A DNA stretch of 64,000 nt. It comes from Alphaproteobacteria bacterium (GTDB taxonomy: Bacteria; Pseudomonadota; Alphaproteobacteria; CACIAM-22H2). The number at the start of each line of letters is the position of its first letter. Position 1 is the stretch's first letter. Positions 22,734 to 33,120 of this stretch are shown here, piece after piece. The notes under the pieces were generated by a model that was not told the origin of the DNA, searched no databases, and saw only the letters and a list, made by a program, of their open reading frames with translations. The position numbers and the translations under genes are program-made. The stretch spans positions 24,051 through 88,050 of the forward strand of contig DATJPD010000043.1 in NCBI GenBank assembly GCA_035506575.1, in the 5' to 3' direction.

Positions 22734-23291
22734 CTACATGACCGCGCGGACTTCGACCACTTCCGGGACGTAGTGCTTCAGCATGTTCTCGATGCCCGCC
22801 TTCAGCGTGGCTGTCGAGCTCGGGCATCCAGAGCATGAGCCCTGCAGGTGCAGGAAAACGATGCCGTCTTCGAAAGCTTGGAACGTGATGTCGCCGCCGT
22901 CCTGCGCCACGGCCGGACGGACTCGCGTCTCGATCAGATCCTTGATCTGGGCCACGACGTCGGAATCCTCTTCGCCAGCGCCTGCGGACTCACCGGCGGC
23001 CTCGGGCCCGATGACGATCGGACGGCCGGATGTGAAATGCTCCATGATTGCGCCGAGGATGGCGGGCTTCAGCAGATGCCAATCCTTGTCGGCCGCCTTG
23101 GTGACCGTGATAAAATCAGTCCCGAGGAACACACCTGTCACGCCGTCGACGGTGAACAGATGCTCGGCAAGCGGTGAGCGCTTCGCAGCCTCTGCGGTCG
23201 CAAAGTCCGCGGTGCCGTTGCCCATCACGTCGCGTCCGGGCAAAAATTTCAGCGTCGCTGGATTCGGCGTCTGCTCGGTCTGAATAAACAT
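22734..23291 (-). CDS. NifU-family Fe-S cluster protein (Nfu N-domain + NifU C-domain)
   Basis: 185 aa; LQGSCSGCPSS CxxC motif. Confidence 0.85.
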   Translation of the reverse strand: MFIQTEQTPNPATLKFLPGRDVMGNGTADFATAEAAKRSPLAEHLFTVDGVTGVFLGTDFITVTKAADKDWHLLKPAILGAIMEHFTSGRPIVIGPEAAGESAGAGEEDSDVVAQIKDLIETRVRPAVAQDGGDITFQAFEDGIVFLHLQGSCSGCPSSTATLKAGIENMLKHYVPEVVEVRAVM

Positions 23292-23481
23292 CTCTCGCCT
23301 CCTCGGTTGTCACGGATGACAATCGACATGTGGCTAAATGGGGGCATAGAGGATGATCGTCAACCTTTTTCGGCGAATTTGGCGGAACTTATTACCGTTA
23401 ACTATAGGAATCTTGCGCGACTCCACGACGCATATAAAACATCATGACTTATCCACACGCGCGACCTACTGACGTACGGCG

Positions 23482-24747
23482 ATGACAACCATGGCGACAA
23501 GTGCTCTGCGACTCGGCCGAGTGGTCGAACGCGCGCCCGACAAGCGCCGCTTCGACGGTTGCACGAACATCGCAGACGTCGCGGCATGGTTGATGTCGTC
23601 CGCGCGCCGCATTCCGGACGCCCTCGAGTTGCTCGACGAACTCTGCTGGCGTCTCGTCGCGATCGGCATTCCGCTCGCGCGCATGACGTTCCATCTGCCC
23701 ACGTTGCATCCGCAATATTACGGCACCGGGTGCCGCTGGACGCGCGCCACCGGAATCACCGAAGAGACGCTCGTGGTGCACGGCACCCGCGACACGGCCA
23801 TGTATCTCGACAGCCCGATCCGACGCGTCGTTGAGAACGGCGAGCGCATCCGACGGCGGCTTGAAGGTCCCGAGGCCGCCTTCGATTTCCCGATCCTCGC
23901 CGACCTCAAGGCGCAGGGGATCACCGAGTACATCGCGGTGCCGCTCGAGCTGTCGACGCGCCGGGTCTCGATCACGATCTCGACCGACCAGCCGGGCGGA
24001 TTTCGCGAGGAGACCCTGGGCGAACTGGCGAGCCTCGGTCCCTTGCTCGCTCCGATCCTCGAGCTCCAGATCAGCCGCCAGATCACCGTGAACCTGCTCG
24101 GTGCCTATCTGGGCCAGGAGATCGGCGAGCGCGTGCTGGCCGGCGACATCATGCGCGGCCGCGGCAACACGGTCCGCGCGATCGTGTGGCTATGCGACCT
24201 GCGCGGCTTCACGCGCCTGTCGGATCATCTGCCGGGGCCGCGGGTCATCGCGATCCTCAACGCCTATTTCGAACGCGTGGTCCAGCACATCCACCAACGC
24301 GACGGCGAGGTCCTCAAATTCATGGGCGACGGGCTGCTCGCCATCTTCGCGGTGGCCGATGCGGCGTTCGCACCGGATGCGGCCGGACGCGCGCTCGACG
24401 CGGCAAAGGCTGCGATCGCAGCGGTGGACGATCTGAAGGGCGACCCGGTCCTCGAGAACGAGCCTGTGCCGCGGATGTGCGTCTCCATCCATTTCGGCGA
24501 CGTGTTCTTCGGCAATATCGGCGCGATCGATCGCCTCGACTTCACGGCGATCGGGCCCGCCGTGAATCTGCTGGCACGCCTCGACCAGCTGGCGAAGCGG
24601 CTGGAGCGGCGGATCCTCGTCACCGACGATTTCGCCCGCGTCTGCCCGCATCCGCTGCAGTCGGTCGGCACGCATCCGCTGCGCGGATTGTCCGAGCCGC
24701 ACGAGATCTTCACTCCGGCGGAGCGCAAACCCGAACAGCAGGCGTGA
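23482..24747 (+). CDS. class III adenylate/guanylate cyclase with uncharacterised N-terminal domain
   Basis: C-terminal CHD domain (VWLCDLRGFTRLS...LKFMGDGLLAIF...SIHFGDVFFGNIG); the roughly 200 aa N-terminal region has no motif I recognise. Confidence 0.8.
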   Translation: MTTMATSALRLGRVVERAPDKRRFDGCTNIADVAAWLMSSARRIPDALELLDELCWRLVAIGIPLARMTFHLPTLHPQYYGTGCRWTRATGITEETLVVHGTRDTAMYLDSPIRRVVENGERIRRRLEGPEAAFDFPILADLKAQGITEYIAVPLELSTRRVSITISTDQPGGFREETLGELASLGPLLAPILELQISRQITVNLLGAYLGQEIGERVLAGDIMRGRGNTVRAIVWLCDLRGFTRLSDHLPGPRVIAILNAYFERVVQHIHQRDGEVLKFMGDGLLAIFAVADAAFAPDAAGRALDAAKAAIAAVDDLKGDPVLENEPVPRMCVSIHFGDVFFGNIGAIDRLDFTAIGPAVNLLARLDQLAKRLERRILVTDDFARVCPHPLQSVGTHPLRGLSEPHEIFTPAERKPEQQA

Positions 24748-24765
24748 GAGTCGGCCTCGGCGGGG

Positions 24766-25764
24766 TCAGACGCGCAGGAACCCGAAGATGTCCTGCACTT
24801 CACGCAGGTGCTTGGTGGCGATCGCATCGGCGCGCTCGGCACCGCGGCGCAGGACACCGTCGACATAGCCGGGATCGGCCATCAATCGCTGCATCTCGGT
24901 GCCGATAGCGCCCAGCACGCCGACCGCGGTCTCCGCCAGCGTCTCCTTGAACGCCGACCACTGCTTGCCGGCGAACTCATGCACCGCCTGCTCGAGCGAC
25001 TTGTCCGACAGCGCGGCATAGATGCCCAGCAGGTTCTCGGCCTCGGGGCGCTTGTCGAGCCCTTTCACCTCTGACGGCAGCAGGTCGGGATCGGTCTTGG
25101 CGCGGCGGATTTTCTGCGCCACCGCATCGGGCCCGTCGGTCAGGTTGATGCGGCTCTGGTCCGACGGGTCGGACTTGCTCATCTTCTTGGTGCCATCGCG
25201 CAGCGACATGACGCGGGTCGCGGCGCCGAAGATCTGCGGTTCGGGAAGCGGAAAATACTCGACGCCGAAGCGGCGGTTGAAGGCGCCCGCGATGTCGCGC
25301 GACAGCTCGAGGTGCTGCTTCTGGTCCTCGCCGACGGGCACGTGCGTGGCCTTGTAGGCGAGGATGTCCGCCGCCATCAGCACGGGATACGCGTAAAGTC
25401 CGAGGCCCGCGTTGTCGCGCTGCTTGCCGGCCTTTTCCTTGAACTGGGTCATCCGGTTGAGCCAGCCGAGCGGCGTCAAGCAGCTGAGCAGCCAGGCCAG
25501 CTCGGCATGCGCCGTCACCATCGACTGGTTGAAGATGATGCAGGCATCGGGGTCGATGCCGCAGGCGATGTAGGCGGCCGTCACCTCGCGTGTCTGCGCG
25601 CGGAGGGACGCCGGTTCCTGCGGCACCGTGATCGCGTGCAGATCGACGATGCAGAAGATGCAGTCGTAGTCCTTCTGCAACTTGACCCAGTTGCGGATGG
25701 CGCCGAGATAGTTGCCGAGATGGAGGTTGCCGGTCGGCTGAATGCCGGAGAAGATGCGGTTCAT
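24766..25764 (-). CDS. trpS: tryptophan--tRNA ligase
   Basis: 332 aa; class-I HIGH-type N-terminus [19 protein letters not shown] and KMSKS. Confidence 0.95.
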   Translation of the reverse strand: MNRIFSGIQPTGNLHLGNYLGAIRNWVKLQKDYDCIFCIVDLHAITVPQEPASLRAQTREVTAAYIACGIDPDACIIFNQSMVTAHAELAWLLSCLTPLGWLNRMTQFKEKAGKQRDNAGLGLYAYPVLMAADILAYKATHVPVGEDQKQHLELSRDIAGAFNRRFGVEYFPLPEPQIFGAATRVMSLRDGTKKMSKSDPSDQSRINLTDGPDAVAQKIRRAKTDPDLLPSEVKGLDKRPEAENLLGIYAALSDKSLEQAVHEFAGKQWSAFKETLAETAVGVLGAIGTEMQRLMADPGYVDGVLRRGAERADAIATKHLREVQDIFGFLRV

Positions 25765-25858
25765 CGCGTCAGAAACTCTCGCTGCAGCGGCCCCGTACGT
25801 ATCGGTTGCTCGTTATGGCTGCTCGCCGCAAGACGGTCAATGCTTGGGGGAAATCGAG

Positions 25859-26584
25859 ATGGCGAAAACCAAGGCCAGGTCCGGCCGCGACGGCGGGCAT
25901 AGCCTGATCCGGCGGCTGCGCCGGCAATCGACGGACACGTTCAGCGACGTGCTCGACGTCATGGGGCTGCAGAACCAGGTGCTGAGGGCCGCGATCCGGC
26001 CACTCGCCCCCGGCATGGTGGTCGCGGGACCCGCGTTCTGCGTGCGCGGCCGCGCGATCGACGCGGCACACCCGGCGCCGCCGAGCGCGCCCTACGACGT
26101 CGACCGCCATTTGACACCGGGCTGCGTCGTCGTGGTCGCGACCGGCGGCCACGCGACGTTAGCCTGCATCGGCGGCAACGTCGTGGTCTCCTACAAGGCC
26201 CGCGGCTGCGCCGGCCTGGTGGTGGACGGAGCCGTCCGCGACGGTGCCGAGATGCGCGCCCTGCGCCTGCCGATCTTCTCCACCCACGTGACGCCGCGCC
26301 GGCCGGCCGGGCGCTGGAGCGTGGTCGAGCACGGTGTTCCGATTTCGCTGCCGGGCCAGAGCGGAGCCGAGGTCGTGATCCATCCTGGCGATGTGATCGT
26401 CGGCGATGACGACGGCGTGATCGTCATCCCGCGCGCGATCGCCGCGGAAGTGCTGGAGGCCGCCGAGACCCTGGCGCGCCTCGATGCGAAGGTGGCCGCC
26501 GACATCCGCGGCGGCCGCGACCGCGAGGAAGCGCTGCGCAAGGTCGATCGCTTCGGCCATATCCGCAAATACGTGCCCCGCTGA
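25859..26584 (+). CDS. RraA-family protein (RNase E inhibitor / HMG-CHA aldolase fold)
   Basis: start MAKTKARSG at 25859; RraA signature GDVIVGDDDGVIVIP. Confidence 0.8.
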   Translation: MAKTKARSGRDGGHSLIRRLRRQSTDTFSDVLDVMGLQNQVLRAAIRPLAPGMVVAGPAFCVRGRAIDAAHPAPPSAPYDVDRHLTPGCVVVVATGGHATLACIGGNVVVSYKARGCAGLVVDGAVRDGAEMRALRLPIFSTHVTPRRPAGRWSVVEHGVPISLPGQSGAEVVIHPGDVIVGDDDGVIVIPRAIAAEVLEAAETLARLDAKVAADIRGGRDREEALRKVDRFGHIRKYVPR

Positions 26585-26609
26585 GGAGAGCGCCGGCAGA
26601 CACCCGCGT

Positions 26610-28169
26610 TCAGGTGCGAGCCAGAAGCCGGCGCACCTGCCCCCCGTCGGCCGCCCCCAGCAGCAGGGCCGCGATTCCGTAAACCGCGAGTCCCACCACG
26701 ACCAGGACGCCGAGGCCGGCCATCCGATGGGTCGACCCGCCGGCGAGCCATGCGGCGAGCGGCACCGTCGCTGCCCACAGCGTCGCCCCCATGACGAGGC
26801 TCGCCGCCAGCGCCCGCGGGCCACGGCGCCTGAGGCCGGCATCCGGTACCAGATGGCCGCGCCGATAGAGGATGATCGCGAGCGCCCCCGTGTTCAGCCA
26901 GGCCGAAGCGGCGGTTGCAAACGCGATTCCGACATGCGCGACGCCGAAGGCGGCGAGCGGCTTCAGGAGCGCCAGGGCGATGGCGGTATTGGCGATCACG
27001 CAACCGACGGCGATCTTGACCGGCGTCTGCGTGTCATGGCGGGCATAGAAGCCCGGGGTCAGCACCTTGATGAGGACATAGGCCGGAAGCCCGAGCGCAT
27101 AGGCGATGAGAGCCGCGGCGGTGGCACCCGTGGCGGAGGTCCCGAACGCCCCGCGTTCGAAGAGGCCGGCGATGATCGGCCGCGCGATGACGAGCAGCGC
27201 CACGGTCGCCGGCAGGGTCAACAGAAGGGCTGCCTCGAGGCCGCGGTTGAGACTGGTGATCGCCGCCCCCTCTTCGCCGCGCCGCGCATGCCGCGACAGC
27301 TGCGGAAGCAATGCCGTGCCGATCGCGATCCCGATCACGCCCAGCGGCAGCTCGTACACGCGGTCGGCGTAGTACAGAAACGACACGGCCCCGGTCGGCA
27401 GCAGCGACGCAATCACGATGTCGATCATCAGGTTCACCTGCACGACACCGGCGCCGAGTGTCGCCGGCAGCATGAGCGCCAACAGGCGCCGCACCTCCGG
27501 CGACAGGCGCGGCCGCGGCAGGCTCAGCGCCAGGCCGGCGCGGTCCATGGCCGCCGCAAGCCACAGGAACTGCACGACGCCGGCCAAAGCGACGCCCCAG
27601 GACAACGCGTGCCCCGCGGTCGGCGTGAGGTTGATCAGCAGGAGAAGCCCGGCAATGAAACAGACATTCATCAGGACCGGCGTGGCCGCGACGGCGGCAA
27701 ACCGGTCGATCGAGTTGAGGACCCCGCCCTGCAGCGATACGAGCGAGATGAACAAGAGATACGGGAACGTGATCCGCGTCAGGTCGACCGCAAGCCGGAA
27801 CTTGGCGGGATCGGCAGAAAACCCGGGTGCAAAGGCGTACATCAGCCACGGCATGGTGAGCTCCGCGCCCACGACGAAGACGACCAGGACGGCGAGCAGG
27901 ACAGCCAGCGCGTCTTCGGCAAAGCGCTTGGCCGCGCCATGACCGGAGGTGGCCGCCAGGCCGGCAAAGATCGGCACGAACGCCGCGTTGAACGCGCCCT
28001 CTGCGAACAGGCGCCGGAACAGATTGGGGAATTTGAACGCGACGAAGAACGCATCGGCAACCGGCCCGGCGCCTACGAATGCCGCCACCAGCACGTCGCG
28101 GGCAAAGCCGAGGATGCGCGACAGCAGGGTATAGCCGCCGATCGTGGCGACCGAGCGAAGGAGTGCCAT
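26610..28169 (-). CDS. murJ: lipid II flippase MurJ (MviN)
   Basis: 519 aa polytopic membrane protein with N-terminus MALLRSVATIGGYTLLSRILGFARDVL...FRRLFAEGAFNAAFVP. Confidence 0.9.
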   Translation of the reverse strand: MALLRSVATIGGYTLLSRILGFARDVLVAAFVGAGPVADAFFVAFKFPNLFRRLFAEGAFNAAFVPIFAGLAATSGHGAAKRFAEDALAVLLAVLVVFVVGAELTMPWLMYAFAPGFSADPAKFRLAVDLTRITFPYLLFISLVSLQGGVLNSIDRFAAVAATPVLMNVCFIAGLLLLINLTPTAGHALSWGVALAGVVQFLWLAAAMDRAGLALSLPRPRLSPEVRRLLALMLPATLGAGVVQVNLMIDIVIASLLPTGAVSFLYYADRVYELPLGVIGIAIGTALLPQLSRHARRGEEGAAITSLNRGLEAALLLTLPATVALLVIARPIIAGLFERGAFGTSATGATAAALIAYALGLPAYVLIKVLTPGFYARHDTQTPVKIAVGCVIANTAIALALLKPLAAFGVAHVGIAFATAASAWLNTGALAIILYRRGHLVPDAGLRRRGPRALAASLVMGATLWAATVPLAAWLAGGSTHRMAGLGVLVVVGLAVYGIAALLLGAADGGQVRRLLART

Positions 28170-28268
28170 CGCGGCTAGGTACCCGATTCCGGAGGTGAAA
28201 AGAAGGCGGAACGGCTCCGGTTCCGCGCTGGTGCTGGGGCGAGGCCATGTTTAGGATCGGCGCCCGCC

Positions 28269-29492
28269 ATGCTGAATGACGCAGACTCCTACGGCGCCGG
28301 ACCGCTCACCGGGATTCGCGTACTCGAGCTCGGGTCGACCGTTGCCGCGCCGTTCTGCGGCCGCCTCCTGGCCGATTTCGGCGCGAGCGTCGTGAAGGTG
28401 GAAGAAGCCGCGGGCGATCCTCTGCGCTCGATGGGCAAGCGGCTCAACGGGCGGTCGCTCTATGCGGCCAGCATCTTTCGCAACAAGCGGCTCATCTCGG
28501 TCGACCTGCGACGGCCCGAAGGGCAGTCGCTGATCCGCAAGATCGTCCGCACAACCGATATCCTCATCGAGAACTTCCGCCCCGGCACCCTCGAGCGCTG
28601 GAACCTCGGCTACGACCGGCTCGCCGAAGACAATCGGGCACTCGTCATGGTGCGGATCAGCGGATTTGGCCAGACCGGCCCCTATTCGCAGCGACCCGGC
28701 TTCGGCGTCATCGCCGAGGCGATGGGCGGGCTGCGCCATCTGACGGGGGATCCAGATCGGCCGCCATCTCGCGTCGCCACGTCATTGACCGATTATCTGT
28801 GCGGCTTGCACGGGGCGCTCGGCGCGCTGATGGCGCTGCACGTGGCGCGGCAGACCGGGCGCGGTCAGGTTGTCGACGCGTCGCTGCTCGAATCGGCCTT
28901 CGCCCTCACCGAGCCGCACGTCCCGGCGTACGACAAATTGGGATTTGTCGCGTGCCGCGCCGGCTCACGGCTACCCGACAACGTGCCGAACACGCTCTTC
29001 GAATGCGCGGACGGCGGGTTGATCCATATTGCAACCGTCGGGGAGCCGACGTTCCGGCGCCTTGCCGCAGCGATGGGCCGTCCGGCTCTGGCGGAGGATC
29101 CGCGGTTTCGCGACGCCGCGGCGCGAGCGCAAAACGAGGAAGCGCTGGAGGCGGCCATCACGGCCTGGACCCGGTCCAAGCCGCTGACGGACGTGGACGC
29201 GCTGTTGAGGCAGCACGACGTGCCGGCGTCGCGAATCTTCACCATGGCCGACATCTTTCGCGATCCGCATTTTGCGGCCCGGGAGGCCATTGCCGAGGTC
29301 CCCGATGCGGAGCTCGGTTCGATCAAGATGGCCGGCGTCTTTCCGCGTCTGTCGCGCACGCCCGGCGGCGTCCGCCACACGGGCGGTGCGATCGGCGCCG
29401 ACACGCGGTCGGTCCTGCGCGACCTCGCGACCATCACGGACGCGGAGATCGACACGTTGCAGCGCGCCGGTGTCATCGTGTGCGGTGGATAG
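28269..29492 (+). CDS. family III CoA-transferase (CaiB/BaiF)
   Basis: 407 aa; LTGIRVLELGSTVAAPFCGRLLADFGA...IENFRPG signature. Confidence 0.85.
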   Translation: MLNDADSYGAGPLTGIRVLELGSTVAAPFCGRLLADFGASVVKVEEAAGDPLRSMGKRLNGRSLYAASIFRNKRLISVDLRRPEGQSLIRKIVRTTDILIENFRPGTLERWNLGYDRLAEDNRALVMVRISGFGQTGPYSQRPGFGVIAEAMGGLRHLTGDPDRPPSRVATSLTDYLCGLHGALGALMALHVARQTGRGQVVDASLLESAFALTEPHVPAYDKLGFVACRAGSRLPDNVPNTLFECADGGLIHIATVGEPTFRRLAAAMGRPALAEDPRFRDAAARAQNEEALEAAITAWTRSKPLTDVDALLRQHDVPASRIFTMADIFRDPHFAAREAIAEVPDAELGSIKMAGVFPRLSRTPGGVRHTGGAIGADTRSVLRDLATITDAEIDTLQRAGVIVCGG

Positions 29493-30401
29493 ATGGCCGC
29501 AATGCGCTACATTCCCGCCCTGTCGGACCGACATACCTCCGCCGTGCTCGCGGTGCTGACCGCGTCGGCCTCGTTCGCCGCCGTCATGGCGTTGATCCGC
29601 GTCGTGGCGTCCGAGGTTCCCCCGCTCGAGCAGGTCCTGTTTCGCAATCTGATCGGCGCCGCGATCACCCTGCCCTGGGTCCTGCGGAACGGCGTGCACG
29701 GGCTTCGCACCTCCAATCACAAATTCTACTTCGGACGGGCGTGCCTCGGCTTCCTTGCAATGGTGCTCTGGTTCCTCGCCGTGGCCCATCTTCCGCTCAA
29801 CGAGTCGGCGGCGCTGTCGTTCACGTCGCCGCTGTTTGCCACGATCGCCGCCATCGCCTTCCTGGGCGAGTCGGTCGGCCCGGTGCGCTGGGCGTGCACG
29901 ATCGTCGGCTTTCTCGGCGCAATGGTGGTCCTGCGCCCCGGTATTCACGCCGTCCACTGGCCGCAGCTGGCGATCATCCTGTGGGCCGCCCTGGCGGGCG
30001 GAAACACGACGGTCGTGAAGCATCTCACCCGGTTCGAATCTCCGACGGCCATCGTCACCTATATGGCGCTCTACATGATCCCGTTTTCGATCCTGGTGGC
30101 GCTGCCGGTATGGGTGACGCCGCCGGTTCATGCATGGCCGGGGATCTTCGGGATCGCGGCGCTCTCCACACTGGCAAACCTGGCCGTGACGCGGGCGTTC
30201 GCCCTCTGGGACGCCTCGGCCGTCACGAGCATCGATTTCATCCGCCTGCCGATCGCAGCGGGCCTGGCCTGGTTCATATTCGGCGAGGCGCCCGACCTAT
30301 GGGCCTGGCTGGGCGGCGGCATGATCGTCTGCGCCACCGCGTTCAGCGCCCGCTACAGCGCCCAAGCCCGACTGGAAGCAACGGCCGGACACGACGCCTG
30401 A
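29493..30401 (+). CDS. DMT-superfamily (EamA/RhaT-like) transporter
   Basis: 302 aa; 10 predicted TM helices arranged as two EamA repeats; start codon overlaps the CoA-transferase stop (TAGATG). Confidence 0.85.
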   Translation: MAAMRYIPALSDRHTSAVLAVLTASASFAAVMALIRVVASEVPPLEQVLFRNLIGAAITLPWVLRNGVHGLRTSNHKFYFGRACLGFLAMVLWFLAVAHLPLNESAALSFTSPLFATIAAIAFLGESVGPVRWACTIVGFLGAMVVLRPGIHAVHWPQLAIILWAALAGGNTTVVKHLTRFESPTAIVTYMALYMIPFSILVALPVWVTPPVHAWPGIFGIAALSTLANLAVTRAFALWDASAVTSIDFIRLPIAAGLAWFIFGEAPDLWAWLGGGMIVCATAFSARYSAQARLEATAGHDA

Positions 30402-30408
30402 CGTCGGT

Positions 30409-32037
30409 TCAGTGAACCGTCACCCACTTCACGTCGAGCTGGCCTTCGGGCGTGAGCACCGCATCGACGTTTTTCTTCATCGCCCACACCAGCATCTGAT
30501 GATGCAGCGGGACATAGGCAACATCCTCTTTCGCAAGTTCGAGAGCCTTGTCGATCATCGCTGCCCGCGCGGCGAGGTCGGGTGCCTTGCCAAGACCATC
30601 GATAAGCGCGTCGATGCTGGGATCGCTGTACCAACCCCCATTGACCGCTCCGTCCGCGCCGCCGCCAGGAGAGGGCGTATGCAGCAAAGCGCGTAGCGAA
30701 ACCTCCCCGTCGAAGGTTGGCGACGCCCAGCCGATCAGATAGAAGCTCGTGTCGTGGCGCAGGATCTTTCCGTACCACATCGCCAGCGGCATCGAATTGA
30801 CGTTCACTGAGATTCCGATCTTCGACAGCATGCCGGCGGCGGCCGCACAAATGCTCTGATCGTTGACATAGCGGTGTGCCGGGCAATCGAGCGTCACGGA
30901 AAATCCGCGTTCGTATCCCGCTGCTTTCATCAGTTGGCGGGCGACGACGAGATCGTTGGGTGTTCTGGCGTCCGTCTTTTTCGAATAGCCAAAGACGGAG
31001 GGTGCGATGAGCGAGCCGGCAGGGAGCGAAAATCCGTCCATAAGTCCGTCTCGAATGGCATTCGCGTCGACCGCCAGGTTGACGGCTTGTCTCACTCGAC
31101 GGTCTTTGAACGGATTGGCGGGGGCGTCGGAATATTCGAGCTTTTCCCGGCGATGATCGAAGCCAAGCATGATGGTTCGGTTCTCGGGCGAACTCACGAT
31201 CTTGATGTCGGATCGTGCCTTCAGGCTAGCGACGAGGGCCGGCGGAGCGTCGACGATCAGATCGACCCCGCCTGACATGAGCGCGGCGGCCCGGGCGGCA
31301 GCGACAGGAAGGGATTGATAGGTGACGGTCCTGACGTTGCCGATACGACCGGCATTGCGCCCCCACCATCTGTCGAATCGAACCATTTCGACGCGCCCCT
31401 CCGGCCCCGAGCCCGACACCAGCCGATATGGACCGGTACCGTTCTCTTCATCCACATGTCCCGCTTTCCCGCTTCCAGGTCGCGGCGGCTCCGCCCAGTT
31501 GTGCGCCGTCTCCCAGGCCTTGGACACGATAAAGACCCGCGTCAGCTTGTCGGGCAGCACCTCGTCCGGGGCCCGCGTCACAATGTCGAGCATCGAGTCA
31601 TCCACCTGCTCGATGCTGTCGATGCCGTCGGTGTAAATCTTGAAATCTGATGCGCTGGATGCCGCTCGCTGCAGCGAGAAGATGACGTCGCCGACAGTCA
31701 GCGAATCGCCATTGTGGAAATGCACGTCCCGGCGGATCACGAACCGCCAGCGGGTTGGTCCCAACCGCGACCACGACGTCGCCAGCTCAGGAACCTTTTT
31801 CATGTCCTTTCCGCGCCCGACCAGCGCCTCAAACAGCGACCGATTGACCAAGGTGGTCGATCCCACGTTCATGCTGTGCGGATCGAAGGTCACGGGTTCG
31901 GTCGACAGCCCGACACGAAGGACGGCCTCGCCCGACTCTTGGGCGTACGCGGCGGATCCCAGCTGAAGAACGCCCAAGACCGCAAGGATGCGGCCGGCGG
32001 CGGCGAGACCCGGAGGCTTAGACAAACGGATTGCCAA
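30409..32037 (-). CDS. ABC transporter substrate-binding protein, family 5 (DppA/OppA-like), orphan
   Basis: 542 aa; signal peptide and SBP_bac_5 architecture; no permease or ATPase genes adjacent. Confidence 0.85.
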   Translation of the reverse strand: MAIRLSKPPGLAAAGRILAVLGVLQLGSAAYAQESGEAVLRVGLSTEPVTFDPHSMNVGSTTLVNRSLFEALVGRGKDMKKVPELATSWSRLGPTRWRFVIRRDVHFHNGDSLTVGDVIFSLQRAASSASDFKIYTDGIDSIEQVDDSMLDIVTRAPDEVLPDKLTRVFIVSKAWETAHNWAEPPRPGSGKAGHVDEENGTGPYRLVSGSGPEGRVEMVRFDRWWGRNAGRIGNVRTVTYQSLPVAAARAAALMSGGVDLIVDAPPALVASLKARSDIKIVSSPENRTIMLGFDHRREKLEYSDAPANPFKDRRVRQAVNLAVDANAIRDGLMDGFSLPAGSLIAPSVFGYSKKTDARTPNDLVVARQLMKAAGYERGFSVTLDCPAHRYVNDQSICAAAAGMLSKIGISVNVNSMPLAMWYGKILRHDTSFYLIGWASPTFDGEVSLRALLHTPSPGGGADGAVNGGWYSDPSIDALIDGLGKAPDLAARAAMIDKALELAKEDVAYVPLHHQMLVWAMKKNVDAVLTPEGQLDVKWVTVH

Positions 32038-32177
32038 CAGATTAACCTTTTAGATACAATGACATACGAATGTTTTCCCCACGACTACGCCTGTGGACAT
32101 TGGTTCGGCTGTCAGACTATTATCCATGTATCTAAATTTTTAGTCCGGATTGTGTAAGCCTAGAAGCAGGCTCGAGT

Positions 32178-33068
32178 ATGGCGCGTTACCTCATCGATGG
32201 TCAGGGACACGTCTGGGACCCGTTTGACGACCAGCTGCTTGTCGTGCTGGGCGATCCGGACCCGGACTACGATCTTGTGTCCTATGCGGTCCGGAACCTC
32301 GGGTTCGTGGATGTCGCCGTCCCTGCCGGCCCCGAAGACGTAACGACCATCAGGCTGCGTGAGGTTGCGGTCACCGCGCCTGCGCTCCTGGCCACCTCCG
32401 AGCTGATCGCGCGCCTGCCCGTCGGGCCCGTTGTCATCATCAGCAGCAATGAGCATTGGACGGAGCAACGGTTCGACACGCCATCTTCGGCTGTCGCGTG
32501 GCTGTTGGATCGCGTCAATTCGGATTCGGTGGCCGTTCACTTCAGCGATATCGCCGTCGTGCCGCAAGATCTCAGTCGTCTGTCCAATCGCCGCCTCAAT
32601 GCGCTTGAGCAGAACGATGACCGCTTGGCGCTGTTTTTCAAGAAATGGCGGATCGCATCGGGCCGGTATTCCTACGATACGACAGAGTTCATGGTCAATT
32701 TCGGGCTGCTGGACCGCGCCGCACTCGCGCGGCCGTCGCATTCAGGTGCGATCGTGTGGGATCACCTCGGCCACAAGCTGAACATGTACGAACGCGACGA
32801 CAAGACTTGGCATTTGACGCTCGTCGGCTGTCCGGTCGATCAACAAAACGATTCCAATTACGGCACGTTCGTGAACAAGACCTTTAGAGAAACACTCGAA
32901 AGCCGACAGCCGCGGCTAGATCATGTCGATGCCGTGATCCGGAACCGGACCGGGGCGCATCGGTCCCGATACGACCGGCTGATTCTCCCGTGGGAAACCG
33001 AAGACGGCAGCAAGATCATTTCGACGCTGTCGTATAAGACCGACCGGGATCTCGACTTAGGCGCCTGA
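32178..33068 (+). CDS. hypothetical protein: novel N-terminal domain + C-terminal PAS_5 (PF07310-like) domain
   Basis: 296 aa; the C-terminal half aligns by eye with the PAS_5 protein at 57246 (FFKKWRIASGR / HLTLVG / YDRLILPWETEDGSKIISTLSY); AT-rich upstream region; GC somewhat lower than neighbours. Confidence 0.5.
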   Translation: MARYLIDGQGHVWDPFDDQLLVVLGDPDPDYDLVSYAVRNLGFVDVAVPAGPEDVTTIRLREVAVTAPALLATSELIARLPVGPVVIISSNEHWTEQRFDTPSSAVAWLLDRVNSDSVAVHFSDIAVVPQDLSRLSNRRLNALEQNDDRLALFFKKWRIASGRYSYDTTEFMVNFGLLDRAALARPSHSGAIVWDHLGHKLNMYERDDKTWHLTLVGCPVDQQNDSNYGTFVNKTFRETLESRQPRLDHVDAVIRNRTGAHRSRYDRLILPWETEDGSKIISTLSYKTDRDLDLGA

Positions 33069-33120
33069 TTGTGACGGCTGGCCAGCTGCGGCTGATGTGC
33101 CGCAGCTGGCCACCGACGCC

